DNA from: Minisyncoccota bacterium
Lineage (GTDB): Bacteria > Patescibacteriota > Minisyncoccia > Phycocordibacterales > JAQTLZ01
Length of the DNA: 64,000 nucleotides
Direction of reading: 5' to 3'
NCBI GenBank assembly: GCA_028714635.1
Contig: JAQTLZ010000001.1
Coordinates: forward strand, 15,650 to 79,649
Positions 10,157 through 20,456 of this stretch are shown in pieces. The position numbers and the translations under genes are program-made. The stretch's first letter is position 1. Each line of letters begins with the position of its first letter. The notes beneath the pieces were generated by a model. It made no database searches, was not told where the DNA came from, and saw only the letters and a program-made list of their open reading frames with translations.

Positions 10157-12289
10157 ATGGAAACAAATAAAATTCTCCACCGAAGCATTCTGGTCGGCAT
10201 TTTTGCTCTTCTCCTCATTCCCTTTTTGGTTTTCAATTCGATGTTTTTCCCATTTATTACTGGAAAGAATTTTGTGTTCCGCATTATCGTAGAAATCATT
10301 TTTGGCCTTTGGCTCATTCTCATCTTTCGTGACAGACGTTTCCTGCCCAAGCGCTCAGCACTTTTTTATGCCTTTCTGGCTTTCATTGTTGCTATTACTC
10401 TCGCAGATTTTCTTGGAGTTAATCCATATAGGAGTTTTTGGAGCAACTTTGAGCGTATGGAAGGTTTGATCACTCACCTCCATCTTTTCGCGCTCTTTCT
10501 TGTTGGAAGCTCCGTGCTTAACACTAAGAAACTATGGACGCGTTTTTTCAATTCCGCGCTTGTAGTCAGTATGGCAATGGCGTTGTACGGGTTTCTTCAG
10601 CTTTTCGGCGCTCTTGAAATTCATCAAAGCAGTTCTCGTGTAGACGGACCGATTGGAAACTCTGCCTATATGGCGATTTATATGATCTTCCATGTCTTTC
10701 TTGCTCTTTTCCTTCTTTTGCGTTCGAGAGAAAGGCGGATGCAGATTATATATGCCGGGGTGGCGCTTCTTAATACTGTCATTGTTTATTACACAGCAAC
10801 TCGTGGTTCCATCATTGGTCTTATTGGAGGATTTTTCCTCATCGCTATCCTTGTTGGCATTTTTGAGAGAGAACGCAAAACCTTGAGAAAAATATCCATA
10901 ATAGCCAGCGTCGGCGTAGTTGCCATCGTCCTGCTTTTCTTTGCGGCAAAAAACACAAGTTTTGTGAAGAATAGCTCCGTTTTGAATCGTTTCGCGACCA
11001 TTTCTTTAACAGAGCAGACCACCGAATCGCGATTTCTCATTTGGAAGATGGCGTATCAAGGCTTCAAAGAACACCCAATCTTCGGTTGGGGACAGGAGAA
11101 TTTTATCCTCGTCTTTCAGAAATATTATGACGCGAAAATGTGGAATCAGGAGCCTTGGTTTGACCGCACCCATAACGTAGTCCTCGACTGGCTTATTGCG
11201 GGAGGTGCTTTAGCATTTCTCGCTTACCTTTCTCTTTTCGTAGTGTCTCTTTTCTGTATTTGGAAGAAAAGAGGTTTATTTTCTGCGACCGATAAGGCCG
11301 TGTTCACGGGGTTGCTTGCTGCATATTTCTGCCACAACCTTTTCGTGTTCGATAATCTCACAAGCTACCTTCTTTTTATCTTCGTACTTTCTTATTTTCA
11401 TTTTGTATCTATAGAAAATGGAATAGCTGATGCTTCAGAAAAAGAGTTTCCCAAGAAAATTTCAAACGAGCCATCTCAAAGTGTCCAATCTATTCTTATC
11501 CCCGTAGTTATCATCGTTTTACCGATTGCAATTTATTTTCTCAATATTCCCCAAATACTTTCCAACACTTCTCTTATAAATGCGCTACAATGGCAACGAG
11601 TTGATCCTGCAAAGAGTCTCGATTATTTTAAACAATCGCTCTCTTATGACACTTTGGGGAAGCCGGAAATACGTACTCAACTGGTTCAAAGCGCTTCCAG
11701 TGTTGCTGCTTCTTCAGCCTCGGATGAATTAAAAAAGAACTATATTGTATTTGCCAAAGATGAGATGGAGAAACAAATAGAAGAGGAACCGCTTGATGCT
11801 CGGTATCCATTTTTTCTAGGGCAATTTCTTACTCGGTTTAGCGCTATTGACGAGGCAAGGAAAAATATTGAAAAGGCTCTTGCACTTTCACCGAAGAGGC
11901 AGGATATGTTGTCTGCGATCGCAATCACATACTTCGATACTGATCTTAAAGATAAAGGGTTAGAAACTATGAAACAGGCATTCGATATAGAGCCGGAAAA
12001 TGATTCTATCCGGACTCTCTATGCAGTATTCGCGGTTTTTGCTCAAAGGGATGATTTGGTGAAAGAACTCCTATTGCCGAGATATCATACGTATCTCGTT
12101 CCTGATAACAAACTTGTCGGCGCCTATGTACGAACCGGCCAGCTGAAGAAATATATCGACCTCAATACTGTTTTTCTTCAGCAAGAATTAAAGACGGGGC
12201 TTTTGAGTCAGGCGGAAAAAGACGCGATTAGTGCGCTCAATGCGGAATTCGAAAAAAAGCTCGATGTGTACAAAAAGGCGAATCAATAG
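10157..12289 (+). CDS. O-antigen ligase-like (Wzy_C) polytopic membrane protein with C-terminal TPR repeats
   Basis: Multi-TM N-terminal region containing [12 protein letters not shown] (Wzy_C-like); C-terminal ~250 aa TPR-like. Confidence 0.65.
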   Translation: METNKILHRSILVGIFALLLIPFLVFNSMFFPFITGKNFVFRIIVEIIFGLWLILIFRDRRFLPKRSALFYAFLAFIVAITLADFLGVNPYRSFWSNFERMEGLITHLHLFALFLVGSSVLNTKKLWTRFFNSALVVSMAMALYGFLQLFGALEIHQSSSRVDGPIGNSAYMAIYMIFHVFLALFLLLRSRERRMQIIYAGVALLNTVIVYYTATRGSIIGLIGGFFLIAILVGIFERERKTLRKISIIASVGVVAIVLLFFAAKNTSFVKNSSVLNRFATISLTEQTTESRFLIWKMAYQGFKEHPIFGWGQENFILVFQKYYDAKMWNQEPWFDRTHNVVLDWLIAGGALAFLAYLSLFVVSLFCIWKKRGLFSATDKAVFTGLLAAYFCHNLFVFDNLTSYLLFIFVLSYFHFVSIENGIADASEKEFPKKISNEPSQSVQSILIPVVIIVLPIAIYFLNIPQILSNTSLINALQWQRVDPAKSLDYFKQSLSYDTLGKPEIRTQLVQSASSVAASSASDELKKNYIVFAKDEMEKQIEEEPLDARYPFFLGQFLTRFSAIDEARKNIEKALALSPKRQDMLSAIAITYFDTDLKDKGLETMKQAFDIEPENDSIRTLYAVFAVFAQRDDLVKELLLPRYHTYLVPDNKLVGAYVRTGQLKKYIDLNTVFLQQELKTGLLSQAEKDAISALNAEFEKKLDVYKKANQ

Positions 12290-12320
12290 TTTTTTGCGGG
12301 ACTATTTTGGCGTATAAAAA

Positions 12321-12350
12321 CGCAAAACCCCTCCGAGGAGGGGGCTCACG
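12321..12350. terminator. GC-rich hairpin after the ligase-like gene
   Basis: CCCTCC..GGAGGG stem immediately 3' of the gene; T-rich tract on the opposite strand. Confidence 0.35.
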
Positions 12351-12710
12351 TAGACATTCTTTTTGGGAACTAACTTTCGTTAACTCACACGACTGTATCG
12401 TAGCAAACATTAGCTTAAAAGTCAACCCCAGTAGGAGAGCAAAGCTTGCTACGGGGTAAAGTTTTTGGCAGTTTCTTTTGATGTTATAATAAAGTATATT
12501 GTTTCGATATATAGTCGGCGGCTCTGCACTCACATATAAGACATTATTTTGGAGCTAGCATCCGCCGACTATGTATCGACGCAATAATTTAGCGCTCTCC
12601 ATCGTTGCGGATTCCGCTTGTTCCCGCAATGTACTATTAAGTACATTTTGGTCACAATGCTCATCCGCGCCTCGGATAGCATCTAAATTCTTGCATCGAA
12701 AGTACCATCA

Positions 12711-13730
12711 ATGGAGATTCAGGAAAATATTGAGTTAGCACCGCATACAACATTTAAGATCGGGGGCAAAGCCCGGTATTTTTGTCTTGTTCAAAATGAG
12801 AAGGATTTGAAGGAGGCGGTTGCTTTTGCCAAAGAGAAAAAAGTCCCGATGCTTGTGCTTGGTGGGGGTTCGAATGTGCTTATTTCTGAAAAAGGATTTG
12901 ACGGACTGGTTGTAAAAATTGAATTGAAAGGAATTGAATTTGAAGAAATCGCCAAAGGCACGCTTGTCCATGTTGGAGCGGGGGAGAATTGGGATACATT
13001 AGTTTCCGAGACAGTAAAACGAGCTCTCTTCGGACTTGAAAACCTTTCTGGAATTCCCGGAACGGTTGGAGGAGCTCCGGTGCAAAATATCGGCGCCTAC
13101 GGCGCCGAGGTGAAAGATATTTTTGATTCTGTCGAAGTTTTCGATCCCTTAACCGGAGGGATTTTTGCAATGACAAAAAAGGAATGCGAATTTGGCTACC
13201 GCGACAGTATTTTTAAACATGAAGAGGGGAAACATCTCGTTATTTTGAAAGTTACATTTTTTCTCAAAGAGAACGGCGAGCTTAATACGAGCTACAAAGA
13301 TGTAAAGAAATATTTAGAAGAGAAGAAGATTACTGAACCAACGCAGGAAGAAGTTAGAAATGCTGTGATTGAAATCCGCTCGAAGAAATTTCCAGATCTG
13401 AAAAAATTCGGTACAGCTGGTTCATTTTTCAAAAATCCAATTATCCAGAGGGAAGAATTTGAGAAACTTCTCAATGATTATCCTAAACTTCCTTCATTCC
13501 CAGCAGGGGAGGGGCTGGTAAAAATTCCTGCTGGCTATCTTTTCGATGTTATCTGCGGATTCAAAGGCGTGCGGCATGGTGATGCTGGAGTATTTGAAAA
13601 TCAGGCGCTTGTGCTTGTGAACTGGGGCAAAGCTACTGCAGAGGAAATAAAAAAACTCGCGGAAGAAATGCGAGCGAAAGTGAAAGAAAAAACAGGGATT
13701 GAAATTGAATTTGAGGTCAACATTGTGTAG
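12711..13730 (+). CDS. murB: UDP-N-acetylenolpyruvoylglucosamine reductase
   Basis: HTTFKIGGKARYF...LVLGGGSNVL FAD-binding MurB signature. Confidence 0.85.
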   Translation: MEIQENIELAPHTTFKIGGKARYFCLVQNEKDLKEAVAFAKEKKVPMLVLGGGSNVLISEKGFDGLVVKIELKGIEFEEIAKGTLVHVGAGENWDTLVSETVKRALFGLENLSGIPGTVGGAPVQNIGAYGAEVKDIFDSVEVFDPLTGGIFAMTKKECEFGYRDSIFKHEEGKHLVILKVTFFLKENGELNTSYKDVKKYLEEKKITEPTQEEVRNAVIEIRSKKFPDLKKFGTAGSFFKNPIIQREEFEKLLNDYPKLPSFPAGEGLVKIPAGYLFDVICGFKGVRHGDAGVFENQALVLVNWGKATAEEIKKLAEEMRAKVKEKTGIEIEFEVNIV

Positions 13731-13759
13731 TTGACAAAACAGGATATTTATTCTATTCT
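13731..13759 (+). promoter_or_regulatory. Candidate sigma70-like promoter (TTGACA-17-TATTCT)
   Basis: TTGACA at 13731-13736, 17-nt spacer, then TATTCT; AAGGAGG SD at 13802-13808. Confidence 0.3.
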
Positions 13760-13812
13760 CTAGCATAGAGAGCTCATTGTGAGCCTCATTTTTTTCACTG
13801 AAAGGAGGTTGT

Positions 13813-14430
13813 ATGCTTTTCCTCGCGAAACTCATCCTCCCGGAAGTGGGAGATTGGGGGGTGAGTGTCTTTCTTACGCTTCTGGTCGGGTACTGTTACG
13901 GTACTCAATTAGAGTGGAAGCATTTCCTGTGGGCATTTGTTTTTGTCATTGCTCCCGATCTTATCCCGAATCCACTTTGGGTCTGGAATAAGATTTTCAG
14001 CGCTGGCAGTTTCTATGCTTCGGACTCGCACGAACATCGGGAATTTGGTCATTGGCCGCTCTTGCATTTTTTCATCTTTGCCATTATATGGATCAAATAT
14101 GGGAAGATGTTTGGCGCATTGTACGGGGTATGCGTCTTGTGGCACCTCTTCCACGATTCATTCGGAATCGGATGGGGCATCAAACCATTCGCTCCATTCT
14201 CCGACGTCAGCATAAAGCTTTTCACTGATGTGGAGAATAGGGATGCGTTCTGGCCGCCGCGCGCGCAGATTCGTTGGCCAAAGGATGAAGTCCAGGCGGT
14301 AGAGCGGTATGGAAATGATAATTGGTTCGTCGAGACCTACTTTCGGTTAACATGGGTTTCGGTGAGCGAGTACATAGCGTTCGCTGTCGGTATGATAACG
14401 CTGTTGGTAGTGAAGATGCGAAGTAAATGA
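13813..14430 (+). CDS. Membrane-bound metal-dependent hydrolase, YdjM/DUF457-like
   Basis: 205-aa hydrophobic protein with His/Asp-rich motifs (WHLFHDSFGIGWG). Confidence 0.45.
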   Translation: MLFLAKLILPEVGDWGVSVFLTLLVGYCYGTQLEWKHFLWAFVFVIAPDLIPNPLWVWNKIFSAGSFYASDSHEHREFGHWPLLHFFIFAIIWIKYGKMFGALYGVCVLWHLFHDSFGIGWGIKPFAPFSDVSIKLFTDVENRDAFWPPRAQIRWPKDEVQAVERYGNDNWFVETYFRLTWVSVSEYIAFAVGMITLLVVKMRSK

Positions 14431-14446
14431 ATCCTCGGGCTGGCGC

Positions 14447-14482
14447 CAAAACGCCAGCCCGATTTTATTTTAAAAATTTTGG
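14447..14482 (+). terminator. Rho-independent terminator
   Basis: GGGCTGGCG-CCAAAA-CGCCAGCCC stem-loop followed by GATTTTATTTTA. Confidence 0.7.
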
Positions 14483-14539
14483 CAACAGAAAACCGCCAGT
14501 CGAAGCGCGGAAATTCCGTTTACTTCAAATTCTGGCGGT

Positions 14540-14971
14540 TTAGGCCGTGAGGTCCATTTCGTAATCCGGCACAGCCTCCAACCTGCCTTCGTTGACCACC
14601 ACCATGTCGCCTTTCTCTACGTAGCACTTGTCAGTGATTATCGTAAAGACAGTTCTTGGGTCGTCTGCACTTTGCAGGACAACCAGTTCGGAGGCGGTGA
14701 AAGTGAGATCATATACTCCATCTCCCTCAGCGCGTTCGGAACTTGCGCGGGCCAGTACTCGATACTGCTTGTTTCGGTCTAGGCTCCAAACTCCTCCCGG
14801 TTTGCCACTTGTGTGCCCCCAAAGCGCAATAACCACGGTAAGAACCAGCGCGATTCCAAGGCAGAGAATCCCAGGCCAGAGAGTCGGCTGTTCCTTGAAA
14901 AAGACGCCTGCCATCACGAAACAAAAACCCTGTAGAAGAAAAAGGAATGCTACCATCTTATCAACCTCCAA
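14540..14971 (-). CDS. Hypothetical membrane protein
   Basis: 143-aa ORF with two N-terminal TM helices; no recognisable family. Confidence 0.35.
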   Translation of the reverse strand: MEVDKMVAFLFLLQGFCFVMAGVFFKEQPTLWPGILCLGIALVLTVVIALWGHTSGKPGGVWSLDRNKQYRVLARASSERAEGDGVYDLTFTASELVVLQSADDPRTVFTIITDKCYVEKGDMVVVNEGRLEAVPDYEMDLTA

Positions 14972-15131
14972 TCAGTGAGCCTTTTAGGCTCGGTTTGTGT
15001 TCAAAGTTCGTTTTCTAACCCAGGTTATATTATACCATATATAAAGAAAATTACAAGTTTTTTTCTCCGTATTTCAAGCTACAAGCTAAAAACTACCAGC
15101 TACAAGCTGTTTTGTGCTAGAATGGCCTCCT

Positions 15132-17636
15132 ATGTTTGAATCATTAAAGAAACTCTTTGGAGACCATTCCGGCAAGGCTTTGCAGGCTATTTCTCCTTTG
15201 GTCGCTCAAATCAATGGCTTTGAGGCTGAAATTAAGGCTCTATCCGACGAACAATTGAAGGCGAAAACGGAAGAATTCAGAAAGCGCCTCGCTGAAGGCG
15301 AGGCGCTCGACGATCTTCTTCCTGAAGCATTCGCTTGCGTCCGCGAAGCATCCCGCCGAACCCTCGGCCAGCGTCATTTTGACGTACAACTTATGGGAGG
15401 CATCATTTTGCATCAGGGTAAAATTGCTGAAATGCGAACTGGAGAAGGAAAGACGCTCGTCGCAACGCTTCCTGCATACTTGAATGCACTGACAGGAAAA
15501 GGTGTAAGTGTCGTTACCGTGAACGATTATCTTTCTCGACGTGATGCCGTCTGGATGGGGCAGATCTATAATGCGCTCGGACTTTCTGTTGGGGTTGTGA
15601 ATCATGAGGCATCTTTTCTTTATGATCCTACTCATCGCGAGCTTGATAAAGAAGTTGATGAAGTCGGTGCGTTCAAAGTTGTCCATGAATTTTTGCGCCC
15701 ATGTACCCGTCACGAAGCGTACATGGCAGACATCACCTATGGAACGAACAATGAATATGGTTTCGATTATCTTCGCGACAATATTGAATATGAAACAGAC
15801 AAGCTTCGACAGCGAGAATTTAATTACGCGATTGTTGACGAGATAGACTCAATTCTTATTGATGAGGCTCGAACTCCGCTTATTATTTCCGCTCCCACTC
15901 AAGAATCAGAAAATTTGTATGCAAAGTTTGCTCAGATTGCTGGTATGCTTCAAAAAGATACTGACTACACAGTGGACGAAAAATTAAAAGCAGCGACGCT
16001 TACTGACGAAGGAATTACCAAGGCAGAAAAAGTACTTGGTATCGAAAATATTTACACGGAAAAGGGAATTAAATTTGTACATCATCTCGAGACTGCTGTC
16101 CGGGCGAAAGCGCTTTTCGAACGCGACAAAGAATATGTGGTGAAGGATGGCGAGGTCATTATTGTGGATGAATTTACTGGACGCATGCAGCCGGGAAGGC
16201 GCTGGTCAGAAGGACTTCATCAGGCTGTGGAGGCGAAAGAGGGAGTAGCTGTACAGAAAGAATCTCGCACTTTTGCTTCGATCACATTCCAAAATTATTT
16301 CCGTCTCTACAAAAAACTTTCCGGTATGACTGGAACCGCTCTCACTTCAGGCGAAGAATTCTATAAAGTATACGGACTTGAAGTGGTTTCTATCCCGACG
16401 AATAAGCCACTCGCAAGAAAAGATTTGAACGATCTCATTTTCCAGACCGAAACGGGGAAATTTAAAGCGGTTGCGAAAGTGGTCAAAGAGCTCCACGCGA
16501 AAGGCCAACCGGTGCTTGTTGGTACTGTTTCAATTGAAAAAAACGAAGTGCTGTCGCAATATCTCAAACACGAGGGGGTTCCTCATGAAATGTTGAATGC
16601 CAAAAATCACGAACGCGAAGGAGAAATTATCGCTCAAGCGGGACGCCGCGGAGCGGTGACTGTGGCGACAAACATGGCAGGCCGAGGCGTGGATATTAAA
16701 CTTGGCGGTGCGCCAGCGACGGCAGAGGCGTATGAAGCAGTGAAAGCTCTTGATGGCGTCTATGTCATCGGTACGGAAAGACATGAAGCGCGACGAATCG
16801 ATAACCAGCTTCGAGGACGTTCGGGACGACAGGGAGATCCTGGGGCGACGCAGTTTTTTGTCTCGCTCGAGGATTCGCTCATGAGAATTTTCGCATCCGA
16901 TACTATTAAAAAGATGATGGGAAGACTTGGCGTGAAAGAAGATGAGCCGATCGAGAACTCTCTCATTACTCGCTCGCTTGAGTCTGCACAGAAAAAAATT
17001 GAGGGGTTCAATTTTGACGCCCGAAAACACGTGCTTGAATACGATGATGTGCTGAACCTCCAAAGAAAAACTGTCTATGAAAGACGGCGAAAAATTCTTA
17101 TGGGCAAGCGGGAAGATATTGAAGCGGAATTAGCGACACTGATTGCCGGAGATGAAAAATTGATCGCGCTCGTGGAGGAAAAGAAAAAATCATTTGCTGA
17201 AGATGAATTTTATACTGTAGTGCGAAGAATGTTCCTTCAGACTATCGATATGTTTTGGGTGGAGCATTTGGAAGTAATGGAATATACGCGCGGTTCGGTA
17301 AATCTCCGAGCATATGGCCAGCGCGATCCGCTCGTGGAATATAAAAAAGAGGGACTTCGCCTTTTCAAAGAAATGCAGGAGGCGATCAATGCACAAATTA
17401 TTTCTCTTCTCGGTTCTCTTCAAACCGGCGCATTTTCAAAAGAAGAAGCAGAGCTCCGGGCGATTCAGAAACAAGCGAAAGAGCTCGGCGGTTCGGATTC
17501 GGCTGGAGTAGGAACAGCTTTCACCTCTGCAAAGCCTGTCATAAAAAATGCTGAAGGCAAGAAAATTGGCAGGAATGATCCATGCTATTGCGGAAGTGGA
17601 AAGAAATATAAAAATTGCCATGGTAAAGGGAAATAA
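15132..17636 (+). CDS. secA: Preprotein translocase ATPase SecA
   Basis: Full-length SecA (DEAD motor, MAGRGVDIKLGG) with the C-terminal CYCGSGKKYKNCHG zinc-binding tail; start at MFESLKK. Confidence 0.9.
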   Translation: MFESLKKLFGDHSGKALQAISPLVAQINGFEAEIKALSDEQLKAKTEEFRKRLAEGEALDDLLPEAFACVREASRRTLGQRHFDVQLMGGIILHQGKIAEMRTGEGKTLVATLPAYLNALTGKGVSVVTVNDYLSRRDAVWMGQIYNALGLSVGVVNHEASFLYDPTHRELDKEVDEVGAFKVVHEFLRPCTRHEAYMADITYGTNNEYGFDYLRDNIEYETDKLRQREFNYAIVDEIDSILIDEARTPLIISAPTQESENLYAKFAQIAGMLQKDTDYTVDEKLKAATLTDEGITKAEKVLGIENIYTEKGIKFVHHLETAVRAKALFERDKEYVVKDGEVIIVDEFTGRMQPGRRWSEGLHQAVEAKEGVAVQKESRTFASITFQNYFRLYKKLSGMTGTALTSGEEFYKVYGLEVVSIPTNKPLARKDLNDLIFQTETGKFKAVAKVVKELHAKGQPVLVGTVSIEKNEVLSQYLKHEGVPHEMLNAKNHEREGEIIAQAGRRGAVTVATNMAGRGVDIKLGGAPATAEAYEAVKALDGVYVIGTERHEARRIDNQLRGRSGRQGDPGATQFFVSLEDSLMRIFASDTIKKMMGRLGVKEDEPIENSLITRSLESAQKKIEGFNFDARKHVLEYDDVLNLQRKTVYERRRKILMGKREDIEAELATLIAGDEKLIALVEEKKKSFAEDEFYTVVRRMFLQTIDMFWVEHLEVMEYTRGSVNLRAYGQRDPLVEYKKEGLRLFKEMQEAINAQIISLLGSLQTGAFSKEEAELRAIQKQAKELGGSDSAGVGTAFTSAKPVIKNAEGKKIGRNDPCYCGSGKKYKNCHGKGK

Positions 17637-17643
17637 TCTTTCT

Positions 17644-18132
17644 ATGAAAATCACATTCATTCAAACAGGAGGTACTATCGATAAAGATCTGCCCAAAGTC
17701 TCGAAGGGGTATGCTTTTGAGATTGGTGCTCCCGCTGTTATAAAAATCCTTGGAAGAATAAAACCAAATTTTCAGTATGAAATTGTTCCGCTTCTTCAGA
17801 AAGACAGCCTGGATCTCGATGCAAAAGATCGTGAAAAAATTCTGAAAGCTTGCCAAAATGTTAAGGGCGACAAAATAGTGGTGACGCATGGCACGGATAC
17901 CATGACAAAAACTGCCAAAGTTCTTTCGAAGATTAAAAACAAGACGATTGTCTTTACCGGAGCATCGCGGCCTGAAAAATTCGCTGATTCTGACGCAATG
18001 TTTAATGTCGGTGCGGCGATTATGGCAGCGGAGCTTCTCCCGTATGGCGTGTATATCGCAATGAATGGAAAAGTACATGAGTGGAACAAGACCCGAAAGG
18101 ATACAAAGACGGGCCAATTTGTAGAAATCTAG
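17644..18132 (+). CDS. Asparaginase-family protein, N-terminal catalytic domain only
   Basis: MKITFIQTGGTIDK (TGGTI catalytic-Thr motif) and VVTHGTDTM; only ~162 aa. Confidence 0.55.
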   Translation: MKITFIQTGGTIDKDLPKVSKGYAFEIGAPAVIKILGRIKPNFQYEIVPLLQKDSLDLDAKDREKILKACQNVKGDKIVVTHGTDTMTKTAKVLSKIKNKTIVFTGASRPEKFADSDAMFNVGAAIMAAELLPYGVYIAMNGKVHEWNKTRKDTKTGQFVEI

Positions 18133-18227
18133 AAGCTTGCCCTGTAGTCAGCTTCGCTGTACTACGGGGTGGATTAGTCGGTTTGCCCGAGGAAAGAGGG
18201 GTTGTATAATTATAAATAAGCTTTCTT

Positions 18228-18596
18228 TTGTCGAAGAAAGAATCACTATTCATAAATTCATTATTCATGGAACCAAATCAAACACAGAGTACACAGGGTC
18301 CTGATCAGGACAAGACAATGGCGATCATTGCCTACATTATTTTCTTCGTGCCGCTTCTTATGGGGAATCGAAGCCAATTTGTAAACTATCATACGAATCA
18401 GGGGACCGTGCTCTTCATTTTTATGATCATTCTTCAGGTTGTCCTTTCTTTTCTCGTTTTCATTCCTCTCATCGGACTTCTCCTCCAAATCGCAAGACTG
18501 CTTCCTTTTGTGCTTATGGTCATCGGAATAATGAATGCGGCAAAGGGTGCAATGAATCCGCTTCCCATCATTGGCGGGTTTACTATCATCAAATAA
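18228..18596 (+). CDS. DUF4870-family small membrane protein
   Basis: IIAYIIFFVPLL...NYHTNQG motif; alternative starts at 18267 and 18318. Confidence 0.5.
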   Translation: MSKKESLFINSLFMEPNQTQSTQGPDQDKTMAIIAYIIFFVPLLMGNRSQFVNYHTNQGTVLFIFMIILQVVLSFLVFIPLIGLLLQIARLLPFVLMVIGIMNAAKGAMNPLPIIGGFTIIK

Positions 18597-18610
18597 TTTC
18601 TGTTCTCAAA

Positions 18611-18654
18611 CAGCAGACGAAAAATCTCCCGAAAGGGAGATTTTTCGTCTGCTG
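18611..18654. terminator. Perfect 20-bp stem / GAAA tetraloop hairpin
   Basis: CAGCAGACGAAAAATCTCCC-GAAA-GGGAGATTTTTCGTCTGCTG in the intergenic gap. Confidence 0.45.
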
Positions 18655-18669
18655 TGCTACTATAAAAAT

Positions 18670-19332
18670 ATGATGACCGAAAAAGAAATCGATGTGCTAG
18701 CGAAAAGGATTTGGGATTACCATTTTTTAAATCAGCCTCTTCGGAAAGCAGATATTATTTTCGGCTTGAGTAGTAATGATCTTCGTATCGCAGAGTGGTC
18801 GGCACATCTTTTCTTGGAAGGATATGCTCCGCTTATTGTCTTTTCCGGAGGAATTTCTCATATTGGCGATCTCTTAGAGGCGAAATGGAAATGCACTGAT
18901 GCAGAAATCTTTGCCGAGACGGCAATAAAATTAGGAGTTCCCAAAGAAAAAATCCTTCTTGAGTCAAAAGCAACCAATACCGGAGAAAATGTCGTTTTTA
19001 CTAGAAAACTTCTGGAGGATAAGGGGATCGATCCCAAAAGTTTCATTCTTGTTCAAAAGCCCCATATGCAAAGGAGAGTGTGCGCTACGTTCAAAAAACT
19101 TTGGCCGGGAAAGGATTTTGTCGTGAGCTCGCCTCCACTTTCTTTTGAGGAATTTTCTAATGAGGATATTTCCAAAGAAGATGCAATTAATCTCATGGTG
19201 GGAGATTTGCAACGTATCAAAGAATATCCCCAAAAAGGTTTTGCGATAGAACAGGAAATTCCAAAAGAGGTTTGGGAAGCGTATGAACAACTAGTGAAGG
19301 CTGGATTTACAAAACACCTTATAAAATTCTAA
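18670..19332 (+). CDS. DUF218 / YdcF-ElyC-like protein
   Basis: ADIIFGLSSNDLRIAEW...LIVFSGG pattern. Confidence 0.5.
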   Translation: MMTEKEIDVLAKRIWDYHFLNQPLRKADIIFGLSSNDLRIAEWSAHLFLEGYAPLIVFSGGISHIGDLLEAKWKCTDAEIFAETAIKLGVPKEKILLESKATNTGENVVFTRKLLEDKGIDPKSFILVQKPHMQRRVCATFKKLWPGKDFVVSSPPLSFEEFSNEDISKEDAINLMVGDLQRIKEYPQKGFAIEQEIPKEVWEAYEQLVKAGFTKHLIKF

Positions 19333-19979
19333 TGGAGATATCAACGATTTATAAAAAATATAAAATAGTATCGTTTCTGGAGATGCATATGTACCGAGTT
19401 GCCGGAGTGGCTTTGTACATTTGCCAGAATGCAAAAGAAAAAGTGCTGACCGACAATATTGTCTCTGCATGCCTGCTTCATGATATGGGAAATATTTTGA
19501 AATTCGATTTTACTATTTTCCCTGAAGTGTTCGAACCGGAGGGGATTCCATATTGGCAGAAAGTGAGGGTGGAATTTGCGGAAAAATATGGTGAAGATGA
19601 ACATAACGCTACTCTTGCCATCGCAAAAGAGATTGGGGTTAGCGAGAAAACCTATGAATATATTCTGTCAATTGGATTTTCTAAGATTGCTGAAACCTTC
19701 GCTTCAGCTGATTTAGGAAAGTATATCTCAACCTATGCAGATATGCGGGTCTCTCCGTACGGCGTAGTTTCAATGGAAGAGAGACTTGCGGAAGGCCACA
19801 AGCGTTATGAGAATAGCAAACGCATCTTTGTGAATAAGGAATTCTTTAAAGAAAACAAGGCTTGCTTATGTGAGATGGAAAAGAGCATTTTCTCAAAAAC
19901 GAGCCTTACGCCCGAATCAATTACATCTGAAGTCATACATCCGCTTTTGGATGATCTGAAGAAGTTTAAAATTGTCTAG
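19332..19979 (+). CDS. HD-domain phosphohydrolase
   Basis: H...LLHDMGN HD motif. Confidence 0.55.
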   Translation: MEISTIYKKYKIVSFLEMHMYRVAGVALYICQNAKEKVLTDNIVSACLLHDMGNILKFDFTIFPEVFEPEGIPYWQKVRVEFAEKYGEDEHNATLAIAKEIGVSEKTYEYILSIGFSKIAETFASADLGKYISTYADMRVSPYGVVSMEERLAEGHKRYENSKRIFVNKEFFKENKACLCEMEKSIFSKTSLTPESITSEVIHPLLDDLKKFKIV

Positions 19980-20015
19980 TTTGTCTCGAGGTATGAATTT
20001 TGGTATCCTGTAGCT

Positions 20016-20456
20016 ATGGATTCATCACAAAAAACAACAGTTATTGTTATTGTTGCAATGGTCATTATTGTCGCCGGTCTTATCGGTGTTTCTGTTTTTT
20101 ATTCGAATCAGCCTGGGACTCATGATGTCTTTGCGCAGTGTCTCACCGAAAAAGGCGCGACATTTTATGGAGCATTTTGGTGTCCGCATTGCCAAGCAAC
20201 GAAAGCACTTTTCGGAAAAAGCATTAAATATGTGAAATATGTAGAATGTTCCACTCCTGATGGAAGCGGTCAACTTCAGGTGTGTAAGGATAAAAATATA
20301 GAAACATATCCTACCTGGGAATTCGCCGACGGATCAAGGCTTACTGGCGAACTTTCACTTCAGGAACTTTCAGACAAAACAAGCTGTCCTCTAACAGAGG
20401 GCCAACAGCCTGTTGCCAGTAATCAGCCACTGGCGACTAGCTCACCAATACAATGA
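20016..20456 (+). CDS. Membrane-anchored thioredoxin-fold thiol-disulfide oxidoreductase (DsbA-like)
   Basis: N-terminal TM helix then a WCPHC CxxC active site. Confidence 0.55.
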   Translation: MDSSQKTTVIVIVAMVIIVAGLIGVSVFYSNQPGTHDVFAQCLTEKGATFYGAFWCPHCQATKALFGKSIKYVKYVECSTPDGSGQLQVCKDKNIETYPTWEFADGSRLTGELSLQELSDKTSCPLTEGQQPVASNQPLATSSPIQ

